Both the position numbers and the translations under genes were made by a program. Positions 62,801 through 64,000 of a stretch of DNA of 64,000 bases are shown here, piece by piece. Position 1 is the stretch's first letter. The number at the start of each line of letters is the position of its first letter. Under the pieces are notes generated by a model. That model saw nothing but the letters and a program-made list of their open reading frames with translations, made no database searches and was not told where the DNA came from. The stretch covers positions 13,020,927-13,084,926 of the forward strand of contig NC_057754.1 of assembly GCF_004010195.1 (NCBI RefSeq), given 5' to 3'. The DNA is from Chiloscyllium plagiosum (taxonomy: Eukaryota).

Positions 62801-64000
62801 GGATATGGGCCAGCAACAGGCAGCTGGGATGAGTTTAGCTTAAAATCATGTTTGGTACCAACTGAAGGGTCAGTTTCCATGCTGTTCAACAATTACAAGA
62901 ATATTTTTTGTTCCATTATTTAAGAAAGGCTGCGATGGAAAGCCATGAAAGTAAACATCAATTAGCCAGATGTCAGTGGTGAAAGGATTCTGCCAGACAG
63001 GAGTTATATGCATCTGGAAAGGCAAGGATTGATGAAAGATAGTCAGCACAGCTTTGTGCATACAAAGTCAGGTCTCACTAACTTGATTGCTTTCGTTGAA
63101 GTTGTGACCATACATTGTCTACACCAACGTCAGCAGGGCCTTTGAAAGGGTTTAGCATGATATACTAGTTCAAAAGGTTACATCACATGGATCAGGGAGA
63201 GCTCACCAACTGGATACAAAATTGGCTTTGACAGTAGGAGACAGAGGGTGGTGGGAGAGGATTGTTGTTCAGACTGGAGGTCTGTGACCAGTGGTGTGCT
63301 GTAAGGATCGGGGGTGGGTCCACTGATGTGCATCATCTACATAAACGATTTGGTTGAGAACATAGGAGTCATTGTTTGTAATTTTATGGATGATCAAATT
63401 AATGGTGTAGTGGGTAGTGAATGCGGTTATCAAAGGGGATCTCGACCAAATGAGGAAGTGGACCAAGGAGTGAAAGATGGAGTTGAATTCAGGTGTTGGA
63501 TTTTGTTAAGACAAACCAGGGAGGACTAACATAGTTAATGGCAGAGCTCTGGGCAGTGTTGTCGAACACAGGGAGACCAAGGGGTACAGTTACATTGTTC
63601 CTTGGAAGTGGCATCACAGGGGGACAAGGTGGTGAAAGCAGTATTTGATACACTTGCCTTCATTGGCCAGTGCTTTGATATATGAGTTGGAGATATTTGT
63701 AACATTGTCCAAAATATTTCCCTTGATCAGAGGAGGCTATGGGGTTAACTTTTCAAGGTTTACAAAATCTTGTGGGCCCTGAGGAAGATGAATAGCCAAG
63801 GGTAGGTGAATCCAAAGCTAGAGGGCATAAACGTGAGGTGAGAGAGCAAGGATTTAAAGAGGGAGCTGAGAGGCAACATTATCCACAGAGAATGGTGCAT
63901 AGATGGAACGAACTGCCACGGCCACATGGAGAAACAACATCAATTACAACATGGAAAAGACGTTTGGGCAGGTACATGGAAAGGAGAAGGTTTGAACGGC
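59870..64000 (+). mobile_element. long degenerate CR1 (ORF1 end, EN, RT) interrupted by two 5'-truncated CR1 3' ends (~61300-61838, ~62030-62895)
   Basis: host ORF2 remnants resume in order after each insert; inserts contain QFLSPCYRND and LVRPLLQYPVQFWSPSYR plus tails. Confidence 0.75.

Overview
Eukaryotic, repeat-dominated genomic DNA. The repeat content (HE1/V-SINE-type tRNA SINEs, abundant CR1 LINEs, Penelope-derived repeats) points to a cartilaginous fish, most likely a shark; this is inferred from repeat families only. There are two assembly gaps (5277-6153, 49748-50247). I found no intact host protein-coding gene. The only long real ORF is the EN-RT ORF2 of a young CR1 LINE (6281-8005, minus). 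Other repeats include an AT-rich satellite with a strand switch, a decayed L1, Rex1 and Penelope fragments, a TA-flanked MITE, a retroviral integrase scrap and minisatellites. Three things stand out. (1) Heavily decayed, splice-site-bounded immunoglobulin-domain exons lie between the repeats on the minus strand, with leader-, TM- and cytoplasmic-like exons and an old ~15.6 kb-spaced duplicated block, suggesting tandem pseudogenes of a multi-Ig-domain receptor family. (2) Minimal hammerhead-ribozyme cores occur in several distinct Penelope-type repeat families. (3) A LINE has a tRNA/SINE-like head fused directly to its endonuclease-RT frame, and a short element sharing both its ends is also present. 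All calls come from manual reading, so the boundaries of degenerate repeats are approximate.
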